Shown here: positions 1 through 9,118 of the stretch, in pieces
Position numbering within the stretch: position 1 is the first letter of the stretch
How the letters are laid out: each line of letters opens with the position of its first letter
Notes under the pieces: model-generated
What the model was told of the DNA's origin: nothing
Databases searched by the model: none
What the model saw: the letters and a program-made list of their open reading frames with translations, nothing else
Assembly (NCBI GenBank): GCA_900234795.1
Contig: LT962688.1
Location: forward strand, 1,620,001-1,652,000
DNA length: 32,000 bases
From: Methylorubrum extorquens
GTDB lineage: Bacteria; Pseudomonadota; Alphaproteobacteria; Rhizobiales; Beijerinckiaceae
Reading direction: 5' to 3'
Program-made: the position numbers and the translations under genes

Positions 1-1065
1 GGTCTGACCGGTTTGGCCCTTGCGGCCTGCTCGCCGGCCGAGACGGCCGTGAACCCGGAGCCGCCCCTCGTCCAAGTGACCGAGGTCGCCCCAAGCTCCG
101 GCGTCGTGTCTCGCTACACCGGCGTGATCAGGGCCCGCACCGAGAGCAACCTTGGCTTCCGGGTAGGAGGCAAGATCTTCGAGCGTCTCGTCGATCCGGG
201 TGACCGCGTGCACCTCGGCCAGCCGTTGATGCGCCTCGACCGGACCGACTTCACCCTCGCCCTCAATGCCGCGCGCGCCTCCGTCGAGGCTGCCCGCGCC
301 CAGATGATCAAGGCCAAGGCCGACGAGGAGCGTAGCCGTAAGCTCGTGGCCGACGGCTGGACCTCGAAGCAGACCTACGACCAGAACAAGGGTGCGGCCG
401 ATGCAGCCATCGCCCAGTTCGCCAATGCCGAAGCCCAGGCCGGCCAGATCGAGAACCAAGCAGGTTACGCCGAGCTCAAGGCCGATGCCGACGGCGTGGT
501 GATGGAGGTTCCCTCCTATCCCGGGGAAGTGGTCGCTGCGGGCCAAACCGTGGTCAGGCTGGCGCGCGACGGGTCTCGGGAGGCGGAGATCTTCTTGCCC
601 GAGGCAAGCCGTGGTCTGGCCAAGGGCGAAGCCAAGGCAACGCTCTATGCCGAGGGCGAAGCAACCTACCCGGCGCGCTTGCGGGAGTTGTCCGCCATTG
701 CCGATCCGGCCACTCGAACTTACCGGGCGCGCTACATCCTTTCGGGTGGTGGTGAAGACGCTTCGCTCGGGGCGACCGTCACCCTGCAGCTCAAATCTCC
801 TGAGGCTGTCCGCACCGCGACGGTCGAGGTGCCCCTCGCCGCCCTGTTCGACCAGGGGCGCGGCACCTCGGTTTGGCGCTATGACGCCGCCAGCGAGACG
901 GTGAAGCCGCAGGCTGTGCAGGTGGCCCGCATGGGCGAGGAGCGCGCCGAAGTCGCCGCCGGCCTCAATCCGGGCGACCGGATCGTGGCTCTTGGCGCCC
1001 ATCTGCTGAAGGCCGATCAGAAGGTGCGCCGAGCGCCCACCAGCATGACGGGGGTGGTGCGATGA
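1..1065 (+). CDS. efflux RND transporter periplasmic adaptor (membrane-fusion) subunit; 5' end probably cut by the window edge
   Basis: ORF 13..1065 reads like an HlyD/MFP-family adaptor, with coiled-coil LNAARASVEAARAQMIKAKADEE and C-terminal GDRIVALG. The frame stays open back to base 1 (GLTG-LALAAC-S, a lipobox-like motif), so the true start lies upstream of the window. Its TGA overlaps the ATG of the next gene (ATGA at 1062-1065). Confidence 0.85.
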   Translation, partial: GLTGLALAACSPAETAVNPEPPLVQVTEVAPSSGVVSRYTGVIRARTESNLGFRVGGKIFERLVDPGDRVHLGQPLMRLDRTDFTLALNAARASVEAARAQMIKAKADEERSRKLVADGWTSKQTYDQNKGAADAAIAQFANAEAQAGQIENQAGYAELKADADGVVMEVPSYPGEVVAAGQTVVRLARDGSREAEIFLPEASRGLAKGEAKATLYAEGEATYPARLRELSAIADPATRTYRARYILSGGGEDASLGATVTLQLKSPEAVRTATVEVPLAALFDQGRGTSVWRYDAASETVKPQAVQVARMGEERAEVAAGLNPGDRIVALGAHLLKADQKVRRAPTSMTGVVR

Positions 1066-4000
1066 GCGGCTTCAACCTTTCGGCGCTCGCCGTCCGCGAG
1101 CGGGCCGTCACCCTGTTCCTGCTGATCGCGCTGACCGGCGCGGGATTCTTCGCTTTCCAGAAGCTCGGACGGGCCGAGGACCCGGCGTTCACGGTCAAGG
1201 TCATGACGGTCTCGGCCGCCTGGCCCGGCGCCACCGCCGAGGAGATGCAGCGCCAGGTCGCCGACCCCCTGGAGAAGCGCCTGCAGGAACTGGTCTACTA
1301 CGACCGTGCCGAGACCACGGTCCGGCCCGGACTCATGGTGACCAAGGTCATCTTCAAGGACAACATGCCGCCGGCGAAACTTCAGTCGGAGTTCTACCAG
1401 ACCCGCAAGAAGCTTTCCGACCAGGCTTCCAGCCTGCCGCGCGGCGTGCTCGGGCCGCTCTTCAACGACGAGTTCTCGGACATCTACTTCGCCCTCTACG
1501 CCGTGCAGGCCAAGGGCCTGCCGCACCGGCAACTGGTCCTGCGCGCCGAGGACCTGCGCCAGCGCCTGCTACGGGTGCCGGGCGTCGAGAAGATTAATAT
1601 CCTCGGTGAGCAGGCCCAGAAGATCTTCGTCGAGATCTCCTACCAGCGCCTCGCCACCCTCGGGATCAACGGCCAGCAGGTCTTGGCCGCGCTCGCCAAC
1701 CAGAACGACGTGACGCCCGCGGGTTTCGTCGAGGCCGAGGGCCCGCGCGTCTACCTGCGACTGGACGGCGCCATCGACGGGCTCGACGCGATCCGCAACC
1801 TGCCCGTGGCCGCCGGCGACCGCAGCCTCAAGCTCGGCGACATCGCCGAGGTGAAGCGCGGCTACGAGGACCCTCGGACCTTCGAGATCCGCAACGACGG
1901 TGAGCCCGCGCTGATGCTCGGCCTCGTGATGAAGCCCGGCTACAACGGCCTCAAGCTCGGCGAGGCGCTCAACGCAGAAGAGGTGGCGATCCACCACGAG
2001 ACGCCCGTCGGCATCACCTTCACCAAGATCACCGACCAGGCGAAGGTCATCGAAGACGCCATCCACGAGTTCATGGTGAAGTTCTTCACCGCGCTCGGCG
2101 TGGTGATCTTCGTGTCCCTCGTCGCGCTTGGCTTCCGCGTCGGCATCGTGGTGGCGCTCGCGGTGCCGCTGACGCTCTCGGCGGTGTTCGTGGTGATGAT
2201 GCTCACCGGCCGCGACTTCGACCGCATCACGCTGGGCGCCCTGATCATCTCGCTCGGGCTCCTGGTCGACGACGCCATCATCGCCATCGAGATGATGGTG
2301 GTGCGCATGGAGGAGGGCTACGACCGCATCGAGGCGGCGACCTATGCCTGGAGCTCGACCGCCGCGCCGATGCTGACGGGCACGCTCGTTACCATCGCCG
2401 GCTTCCTCCCCGTGGGCTTCGCCGCCTCGACGGCGGGCGAGTATGCCGGCAACATCTTCTGGGTGGTCTCGTTCTCGTTGATCATCTCGTGGATCGTGGC
2501 CGTGACCTTCACGCCCTATCTCGGCGTCAAGCTCCTGCCGAACATCAAGAAGGTCGAGGGCGGTCACGACGCCATCTACGCCACGAAGAACTACGAGCGC
2601 CTGCGGCGCGTCGTGCGGATGTCCGTCGACCACAAATGGTGGGCCGCCGGCATCACGGTCGGGCTGTTCGGCCTCGCGGTGGTCGCCATGGGCAAGGTCG
2701 AGCAGCAGTTCTTCCCGAACTCGGAGCGCCCCGAACTCATCGTCGAGGTGACGCTGCCGGCAGGCTCGGCCTTCGCCACCACCGAGTCCAGCGTGAAGCG
2801 GATCGAGGCAGCCGTGCGCGAACTGCCGGAGGCACGCGAGATCACGAGCTATATCGGCCAGGGCATGCCGCGCTTCGTGCTCTCCTTCGACCCCGAACTG
2901 CCCGACCCGGCTTTTGCGCAGATCGTCGTACAGACCGCCGACGCCCATGCTCGGGACGCGCTGCGCGTAAAGGTGCGCGAGCTCGTCGAGGAAGGCCGCT
3001 TTCCCGAAGCCCGCGTGCGGGTGCTGCAGATCGTGTTCGGGCCGCCGGTCCGCTTCCCCGTCGCCTTCCGCGTGGTCGGGCCCGACCTCGACGTGATCCG
3101 CGGCATCGCGGCGGAAGTCGCGGGCGTTATGGCCTCCAACCCGAACATGCGGATGGTTCACCTCGACTGGGGCGACAAGACTCCGAGCCTGCGCCTCGCC
3201 CTGGACCAGGAGCGCCTGCGTCTGATCGGCCTGACCCCGAAGGAGGCCGGCCAGCAGTTGCAGAACTACCTCAACGGCACGCCCGCGACCCAGGTCCGCG
3301 AGAACCTGCGCTCCGTGGATGTCCTCCTGCGCAGCCCCGGTCCCGAGCGGCGCTCACTCGGCGACATCGGCGACCTGACGCTGGCCACGAAAGACGGGCG
3401 CCAAGTCCCGGTGTCCCAGGTCGCGCGGCTGGAAAGCCGTACCGAAGACGCGGTGCTCAAGCGCTACAACCGCGAGAGCTACATCCGCGTCCAGGGCGAT
3501 GTGCTCGACGGCAAGCAACCGCCGGACATTCACGCCCAGGTCTTCCCGCTGCTCGACCCGATCAAGGCCAAGCTGCCGCCGGGTTACCGCATCGACACGG
3601 CCGGCTCGGTCGAGGAGAGCGTGAAGGCGCAGATGTCGCTGGCAGCCGTGTTCCCGGTGATGCTGATCGTCACGCTGACGGTCATCATGATCCAGGTCCG
3701 GTCGTTTTCCGCCATGTTCATGGTGTTCGCGACCGCCCCGCTCGGTCTCGTCGGGGCCGCGCCGACCCTGCTGATCTTCCACCAGCCCTTCGGCTTCAAC
3801 GCGATCCTCGGCCTGATCGCGCTGTCGGGCATCCTGATGCGCAACACCCTGATCCTCGTGGACCAGATCCATCACGATCAGGCGGCGGGCCTCTCCGACT
3901 ACGACGCCATCGTCGAATCGACCGTCCGGCGCGCCAGGCCGGTCATTTTGACGGCGGCGGCCGCGATGCTGGCCTTCATCCCGCTCACCCACTCGGTGTT

Positions 4001-4169
4001 CTGGGGGGCACTGGCCTACGTGCTGATTGGCGGCGTCGGTGTTGGCACGCTGCTCACCCTGCTGTTCCTGCCTGCCCTCTACGCCTTGTGGTTCCGTGTG
4101 ACGCGGGAGCCGCGCCATGCGGAGAGCGCCGCCGGAGCCGACGCGGTGCCGATGCCGGCCGGGACCTGA
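1062..4169 (+). CDS. efflux RND transporter permease subunit (AcrB/AcrD/AcrF family)
   Basis: The 1035-aa ORF has typical RND architecture: an N-terminal TM helix, two large periplasmic loops and two 5-6 TM bundles (e.g. GALIISLGLLVDDAIIAIE and GLIALSGILMRNTLILVDQ). It is translationally coupled to the adaptor gene. Confidence 0.92.
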   Translation: MSGFNLSALAVRERAVTLFLLIALTGAGFFAFQKLGRAEDPAFTVKVMTVSAAWPGATAEEMQRQVADPLEKRLQELVYYDRAETTVRPGLMVTKVIFKDNMPPAKLQSEFYQTRKKLSDQASSLPRGVLGPLFNDEFSDIYFALYAVQAKGLPHRQLVLRAEDLRQRLLRVPGVEKINILGEQAQKIFVEISYQRLATLGINGQQVLAALANQNDVTPAGFVEAEGPRVYLRLDGAIDGLDAIRNLPVAAGDRSLKLGDIAEVKRGYEDPRTFEIRNDGEPALMLGLVMKPGYNGLKLGEALNAEEVAIHHETPVGITFTKITDQAKVIEDAIHEFMVKFFTALGVVIFVSLVALGFRVGIVVALAVPLTLSAVFVVMMLTGRDFDRITLGALIISLGLLVDDAIIAIEMMVVRMEEGYDRIEAATYAWSSTAAPMLTGTLVTIAGFLPVGFAASTAGEYAGNIFWVVSFSLIISWIVAVTFTPYLGVKLLPNIKKVEGGHDAIYATKNYERLRRVVRMSVDHKWWAAGITVGLFGLAVVAMGKVEQQFFPNSERPELIVEVTLPAGSAFATTESSVKRIEAAVRELPEAREITSYIGQGMPRFVLSFDPELPDPAFAQIVVQTADAHARDALRVKVRELVEEGRFPEARVRVLQIVFGPPVRFPVAFRVVGPDLDVIRGIAAEVAGVMASNPNMRMVHLDWGDKTPSLRLALDQERLRLIGLTPKEAGQQLQNYLNGTPATQVRENLRSVDVLLRSPGPERRSLGDIGDLTLATKDGRQVPVSQVARLESRTEDAVLKRYNRESYIRVQGDVLDGKQPPDIHAQVFPLLDPIKAKLPPGYRIDTAGSVEESVKAQMSLAAVFPVMLIVTLTVIMIQVRSFSAMFMVFATAPLGLVGAAPTLLIFHQPFGFNAILGLIALSGILMRNTLILVDQIHHDQAAGLSDYDAIVESTVRRARPVILTAAAAMLAFIPLTHSVFWGALAYVLIGGVGVGTLLTLLFLPALYALWFRVTREPRHAESAAGADAVPMPAGT

Positions 4170-4408
4170 GGCTCGAATGACCGCCATCGATGTCCCGTCC
4201 CTAGGACATCCCGAGATCGCGCGTTTGTCCTCCGAACGTGCGGTGCATCGACCGGCCTGCGCTCCTGCCCTCCTCGCGCAAGTCGGTCGACAGCCTCTGC
4301 GAAAGGTATGGGACGGTCGGACGCCCCAGAGTCTCCATCCCCAGCCGACGCTTTAATACATGACTGCTCGCATCTATATGGATCCCAGCAACGGCGGAGG
4401 ACGATACG

Positions 4409-4951
4409 ATGCCGAGAGTTTCGCAGGAGCAAGCCAAGCTCAACCGCCAACGGGTCGTGGAGGTCGCATCCTCCCTGTTCCGGGAGCGCGGCCTGAACGG
4501 CATCGGCGTCGTGGACATCATGGCGGCCGCCGGCCTGACCCATGGCGGCTTCTACGGCCAGTTCGCCAACAAGGATGCCCTCGCGGCCGAGGCGTTCGAC
4601 GCCGCGATCGGCAACGAATACCGGGCGAACCTCGACACCTTCATCGAGAACTATCTCTCCCTCGGGCACGTCCGGACACCTGGGAGAGGCTGCCCCGTCG
4701 CGGCCCTGGTGAACGATATCGGGCGCGAGCCTGCCGGAAGTGCCTTGCGGTCGCGGTTCACCCACGCGGTCAAGGGGCTCGCCAGCCTCATCGCGGACAG
4801 ACTGCCCAAGAGCGCGAAGGAGCGTCGTAGGCAGCGGTCGCTCGTGGCGCTGTCAACCATGGTCGGGGCCGTGGTGCTGGCGCGGGGCGTCGACGACGAG
4901 GCGCTGGCTGACGAACTCCTCCAGGCAGCGCGCTCGACCATCACCCCCTGA
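4409..4951 (+). CDS. TetR/AcrR family transcriptional regulator
   Basis: The 180-aa ORF has an N-terminal TetR HTH signature (RQRVVEVASSLFRERGLNGIGVVDIMAAAGLTHGGFYGQFANKDAL). GGAGG sits about 8 nt upstream of the ATG. The gene lies between two efflux loci. Confidence 0.88.
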   Translation: MPRVSQEQAKLNRQRVVEVASSLFRERGLNGIGVVDIMAAAGLTHGGFYGQFANKDALAAEAFDAAIGNEYRANLDTFIENYLSLGHVRTPGRGCPVAALVNDIGREPAGSALRSRFTHAVKGLASLIADRLPKSAKERRRQRSLVALSTMVGAVVLARGVDDEALADELLQAARSTITP

Positions 4952-5127
4952 GACGTTTCGGGGCCGCGCGTTTCGAAGCCGGTTCGACGTTCCGAATCTG
5001 GGTCTCCGAAGGGAAGTTGGGGCTGATGTCCAAGCAAGCCGAGGCCGGCGCGGATGGCCCGAGCTTCCACCTGCGTTCCGTGGACGGCCAGTAGCGCGTC
5101 GTCGGACTATCTTGGACTGGAGCCCTC

Positions 5128-6533
5128 ATGGACGTCCGCACACGCCGCCTCCTCGAGGCCCCTATCGTGCCGACCCTGGCCCGGATGGCCGCGCCCAACA
5201 TCCTGGTGATGGCGGTCCAGACCTCCGTCGGCCTTATCGAAACGTATTTCGTGTCGATGCTCGGGACGGACGCATTGGCCGGGATGGCCCTCGTCTTTCC
5301 GGTGGTGATGCTGGTCCAGATGCTCTCCGCCGGCGGGATGGGGGGCGCCATCCAATCGGCGGTCTCCCGCACGCTGGGTGCGGACCGGCAGGCGGACGCC
5401 GGAGTTCTGGCGTGGCACGCGATGGTGCTCGGCCTGGGGCTCGGCATTGCGACGAGCCTCGTGCCCTTCCGTTCGGGCCAACCCTCTACGCGGCGATGGG
5501 CGGGACCGGAGGCTCGCTCCGAGCGGCGACCACCTACGCGTCCATCGTGTTCGGCGGGGCGGTCCTGATCTGGCTGTTCAACGCGCTGTCGGCCGTGATC
5601 CGCGGCACAGGCAACATGGTGCTTCCGGCCATCGTCACCTGCGTCGGGGCCGTCGTGCTGATCCCGCTCTCGCCCGCGCTCATCTTCGGCTGGGGGTCGT
5701 TCCCCGAGTTCGGCGTCGCGGGCGGTGGCGTGGCGTTTGCGGCCTACTACGCCGCGGGGTCCGCGGTCTTCGCCGCCTACATCTGGTCCGGCCGCAGCGT
5801 CCTCCGCCCGAGCCGGCGCTTGCCCGCTCTCTCTTGGGGGCCGTCACGGGAGATCCTGCGCATCGGGGTTCTTTCGGGCATCGCCAGCATGACCTCGAAC
5901 GTCACAGTCATCGTGGCGACCGGCTTCGCCGGGGCGGCGGGGCCGGCGGCCGTGGCCGGCTACGGGACCGGCGCCCGGCTCGAATACCTCCTGGTCCCCC
6001 TCGTGTTCGGTCTCGGCTCTCCCATCGCAGCCATCGTCGGTACGGCCCTGGGAGCGGGCGACCACGCACGAGCCCGCCAGGCGGCCCTGACGGGTGCCCT
6101 CATCGCCGGTGTCCTGACGGAGTTCATCGGGGTCGCGGCCGCCCTGCACCCGGCCGCGTGGCTCGGCCTGTTTGGAGACGATCCGGCGATGCTCGCAACG
6201 GGCTCGCTCTACCTGCGAATCGTCGGCCCGTTCTACGGATTTTTCGGCTTCGGGCTGGCCCTGTACTTCGCCGCTCAGGGTGCAGGACGTGTCGGCTGGC
6301 CGCTCGCCGCCAGCCTCCTTCGGATGGGGGTCGCATTGGGCGGTGCTTGGCTCGCCTTGGCGCTCGGGCTCGGCCTCGCCGGAACATTCATTGCCATGTC
6401 GGCCGGGTTCGTCACCATGGGGCTCGTCAACGCGGCGGCCTTCGCGACGGGCAAGATGTTCCCGAGCGACGCCCTCGGCCCACCCTCCGTAACTTCCGCA
6501 ACGCTAGCTCCAGCCGCGGGCGTGAGACGCTGA
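5128..6533 (+). pseudogene. MATE family efflux transporter, reading frame broken by an apparent 1-nt deletion near 5463
   Basis: The N-terminal 112 aa or so (frame of ORF 5128..5568: RLLEAPIVPTLARMAAPNILVMAVQTSVGLIETYFVSMLGTDALAGMALVFP) and the remainder (frame of ORF 4740..6533 from ALPFGPTLYAAMGG onward) are both MATE-like. They join only if one base is added at 5461-5465 (gtg|gcc). This is either a real pseudogene or an assembly error. Confidence 0.75.
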
Positions 6534-6606
6534 CTTCCGCACCATAGGGGACAGGGGGATCTCCATCACGCCGTGTAAACGGCAACTCGGCGACCGGGCG
6601 CTCCGG

Positions 6607-7053
6607 ATGCTGCTCGCGACGGTCTTCGTCGGGGCGGCAGGAATGAAGCTTGCGGCGTCCGAATTCGAGACCATGAACTTCGCACGCTTCGGCTACGCGC
6701 CATGGTTCATGTACCTGGCGGGTCTCGCCGAAATGCTGGGTGCGGTCCTGCTCTGGGTCCGGGGACATGTCGCGTACGGTGCGCTGCTCCTTGCTGTCTT
6801 GGCTGTCTTGGCTGTCTTGATGGCGGGTGGTGCAGTCAGCCACCTGCGCGTCGGCGACCCGGTGATGCTGGCTGCCCCGGCGCTCGGCCTGATGGCGCTA
6901 CTGTGCGGTATCGCCGTTGCGCACCGGCACGAACTCCCCTTCCCGCGACGCCGAACGAGGGCGGAAGATTCGGATACGTTCGAAGCCCAAGCAAGCTGCT
7001 TTGGCCGAACTCACGCCGACAGGGCCATCACGGCGGCACGAAAGGCGCCCTGA
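6607..7053 (+). CDS. DoxX-like small membrane protein
   Basis: The 148-aa ORF has 3-4 predicted hydrophobic helices and a DoxX-like opening (FVGAAGMKLAA...FGYAPWFMYLAGLAEMLGAVLL). No alternative upstream start exists because a stop lies at 6574-6576. The 3' end overlaps the convergent MarR gene by 43 nt. Confidence 0.55.
   Translation: MLLATVFVGAAGMKLAASEFETMNFARFGYAPWFMYLAGLAEMLGAVLLWVRGHVAYGALLLAVLAVLAVLMAGGAVSHLRVGDPVMLAAPALGLMALLCGIAVAHRHELPFPRRRTRAEDSDTFEAQASCFGRTHADRAITAARKAP
6793..6819 (+). repeat. perfect 9-bp tandem repeat (gctgtcttg x3) inside the DoxX-like CDS, encoding (LAV)3
   Basis: Read directly: gctgtcttg gctgtcttg gctgtcttg. It is in frame with the CDS. Confidence 0.85.
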
Positions 7054-7460
7054 TCGACCTTGCCGAGTTGTCGGGCAACCGTCTCCTGGGCCTGCTGCCA
7101 GAGAGGGTACGCTTCGGCGAGGAGCGTGCGGCCCTCGTCGCTGAGTACGACCCGCCGGACACGACGATCCTCCGCATCGCCCTGCACGGTCACGAGGCCG
7201 CGGCGCTCCAGGGGCTTCAGGTTGGCCGTGATGGTCGTACGATCCGTCGCCAAGTGCTGCGCCAGGGCGCTGATGGTCGGCGGCTCCTCGCGAACCAGCA
7301 TCATCAGCAACGTAAATTGCCAGTTCGAGAGCCCGGTCGGTCGAAGGGCGGCGTCGTACCTGCGCCCGATGGCGCGCGCGGCCTTCTGCGCCGCGAAGCT
7401 GTAGCAGCTCCGCTCGACCGATGCGGCCATCGTCGGGGTCAGGACGTGATCTCGGGCCAT
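7011..7460 (-). CDS. MarR family transcriptional regulator
   Basis: ORF 7011..7517 contains a winged-helix MarR core (LSNWQFTLLMMLVREEPPTISALAQHLATDRTTITANLKPLERRGLVTV). The preferred start is the ATG at 7460 (MARDHVL), preceded by AGGGGAG. The longer 7517 start has no visible RBS. Confidence 0.85.
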   Translation of the reverse strand: MARDHVLTPTMAASVERSCYSFAAQKAARAIGRRYDAALRPTGLSNWQFTLLMMLVREEPPTISALAQHLATDRTTITANLKPLERRGLVTVQGDAEDRRVRRVVLSDEGRTLLAEAYPLWQQAQETVARQLGKVDQGAFRAAVMALSA

Positions 7461-7477
7461 GGCGGCTCCCCTGGAAG

Positions 7478-7612
7478 GTTGATACCAACGATATAGGTAC
7501 GGTCGGCATGCGTCCAAAGCCGGAAACAGCTGCCTGGGGAGACCTGTGAAGCGTTGATATCAACCATGTGCGCCGCCACACAGCAGTCAGACCGAATAGG
7601 TTTATATCAACG
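7478..7612. promoter_or_regulatory. candidate MarR operator sites in the divergent MarR / exported-protein intergenic region
   Basis: There is a perfect 12-bp palindrome GTTGATATCAAC at 7553-7564 and a near-copy GTTGATACCAAC at 7478-7489. A third half-site, ATATCAACG, sits at about 7604-7612. Confidence 0.35.
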
Positions 7613-7687
7613 TTATCGCAGAGAGCGAGGCCACTGGTTCGAAGCGAACCGGCAGGGCCAGCCGCTCCGTCGATGAGGAGAACTCCG

Positions 7688-7987
7688 ATGACCGTTCGTT
7701 CCATTCTCGCCGCTGCCGCAGTCGTCGCCGGCTTCACCGCTTCGGCCGCCGCGCAGGAAGGTCGCACTTTCGAAGCGTGGGGCCATACCTTCGACGTCCC
7801 CGGCGCCCGGGCCGCTTCCGGGACGGTTGCCGCCCCCGAGCGGGATGCCTTCCGTGCCATCGCTCCGAAGCGCACCTACGTTTCGGGCCAGGTCGGCACC
7901 GTGGTCGAGGGCGAGGTTCTCGCGCCTGCCACGACCTCCAACGTCATCAACGTGTGGGGTGCGCGCATCGAGGGGCCGGCTCGCTAG
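7688..7987 (+). CDS. small exported hypothetical protein (Sec signal peptide)
   Basis: The ATG at 7688 is preceded by GAGGAG. The N-terminus MTVRSILAAAAVVAGFTASAAA-QEG looks like a signal peptide with an AXA cleavage site. I recognised no family. Confidence 0.55.
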   Translation: MTVRSILAAAAVVAGFTASAAAQEGRTFEAWGHTFDVPGARAASGTVAAPERDAFRAIAPKRTYVSGQVGTVVEGEVLAPATTSNVINVWGARIEGPAR

Positions 7988-8078
7988 TCGGGACGTGGGC
8001 AGATCCTACGCAAGGTCCGATCCGACAAGCCGCCGACACCGGGATTCCACGCCCTCGCGATCCCGCAGGGAAAACCGT

Positions 8079-8109
8079 CAAGCTGCATCGATGCCATCGA
8101 TGCAGCTTG
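8079..8109 (+). terminator. 15-bp perfect inverted repeat (CAAGCTGCATCGATG c CATCGATGCAGCTTG), terminator-like hairpin after the exported-protein gene
   Basis: Read directly. It is followed by an AT-rich stretch (ccaattaaaattacg) that also holds the 14-bp palindrome ATTACGAACGTAAT at 8119-8132, upstream of the SDR gene. Confidence 0.5.
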
Positions 8110-8179
8110 CCAATTAAAATTACGAACGTAATGTATTGAGGTCTGCGGCAACGGCCTGTCGCGACAATGGGAGGTCATC

Positions 8180-9001
8180 GTGACCCAGGGCAGCACCAAG
8201 ACCGCAATCGTCACCGGGGCCGCCTCCGGCATCGGGTTATCGACCGCCAAAGCCTTGCGGGCTGCGGGCTACCGCGTGTTCGGGACAAGCCGGAAATCGG
8301 TGCCTGCCGCGGGGGGCGGGATAAGCATGCTGGTCTGCGACGTCACCGAGGACGCGTCCGTCACCGAGATGGTCGAGACGGTCTTCGGCGAGACCGGCCG
8401 CATCGACCTGCTCGTGAACAATGCCGGCTTCGGCATCAGCGGCCCTGCCGAGGAAACCTCGATTGCGCAGGCGCAGGCCATGTTCGACGTGAACCTGTTC
8501 GGCGTCATCCGCACGACCCGTGCGGTCCTTCCCCTGATGCGTGCCCAGAAGGGGGGCCGCATCATCAACGTGAGCTCGGTGCAGGGCTTTATTCCCGCGC
8601 CTTACATGGCCCTGTATGGCGCCAGCAAGCACGCGGTCGAGGGCTACTCGGAGTCGCTCGACCACGAAGTCCGTAGCCAGGGCATCCGGATCGTGCTCGT
8701 GGAGCCCGCCTTCACGCGGACCGCGTTCGACCGGAACCTCGTTCGATCCGATACGCCCCTCGACGTTTACGAGGCGGAGCGCGCCGGGCGTAACCGCTTC
8801 CTGGCCGACGTGATGATGGCCGCCGACGCGCCCGAGATCGTGGCGAAGGTCGTCGTGAGCGCCGCCACGACCGCGACGCCCAAGCGGCGGTACACCGCGG
8901 GATCCAAGGCACGGCAGGTCAGTCTGCTGCGGCGCTTCGTCCCGGCAAGCGCCTTTGACAAGGCCTTTCGCAAGGAGATGCGCCTTCCGCCGATCGCATG
9001 A
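8180..9001 (+). CDS. SDR family oxidoreductase (classical short-chain dehydrogenase)
   Basis: GTG start preceded by GGGAGG. The protein carries the TGAASGIG Rossmann motif, NNAG, and the catalytic S...YGASKHAVE (YxxxK) motif. Length is 273 aa. Confidence 0.9.
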   Translation: MTQGSTKTAIVTGAASGIGLSTAKALRAAGYRVFGTSRKSVPAAGGGISMLVCDVTEDASVTEMVETVFGETGRIDLLVNNAGFGISGPAEETSIAQAQAMFDVNLFGVIRTTRAVLPLMRAQKGGRIINVSSVQGFIPAPYMALYGASKHAVEGYSESLDHEVRSQGIRIVLVEPAFTRTAFDRNLVRSDTPLDVYEAERAGRNRFLADVMMAADAPEIVAKVVVSAATTATPKRRYTAGSKARQVSLLRRFVPASAFDKAFRKEMRLPPIA

Positions 9002-9045
9002 GAACGCCGGTTGCTATTGATGTCGGCTGACGCGTTGGGCGCTCA

Positions 9046-9118
9046 GTGTCTCTCACAAAACTCCCGCCGCGCTGTCATCGCCAGAGCGAGAACGGTCAGA
9101 GACCGGGAGTTTTGTGAG
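9046..9118 (+). repeat. 73-nt palindromic repeat element, copy 1 (45 nt downstream of the SDR stop)
   Basis: Contains a perfect 15-bp inverted repeat, CTCACAAAACTCCCG (9052-9066) and CGGGAGTTTTGTGAG (9104-9118), with a 37-nt spacer. The whole 73 nt matches the reverse complement of 14840-14912 at 69 of 73 positions (hand alignment). Confidence 0.8.

Noticed and set aside
1569-3161. 530-aa minus-strand ORF inside the RND pump gene
   Set aside because: It is antisense to a well-supported RND permease, has an Asp/His/Arg/Gly-rich low-complexity translation and shows no motifs.
4740-5462. N-terminal 240 codons of ORF 4740..6533, as if the MATE protein were 597 aa
   Set aside because: This part overlaps the TetR gene and intergenic DNA and is Arg/Gly/Pro-rich. 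The real MATE N-terminus is in another frame, starting at 5128.
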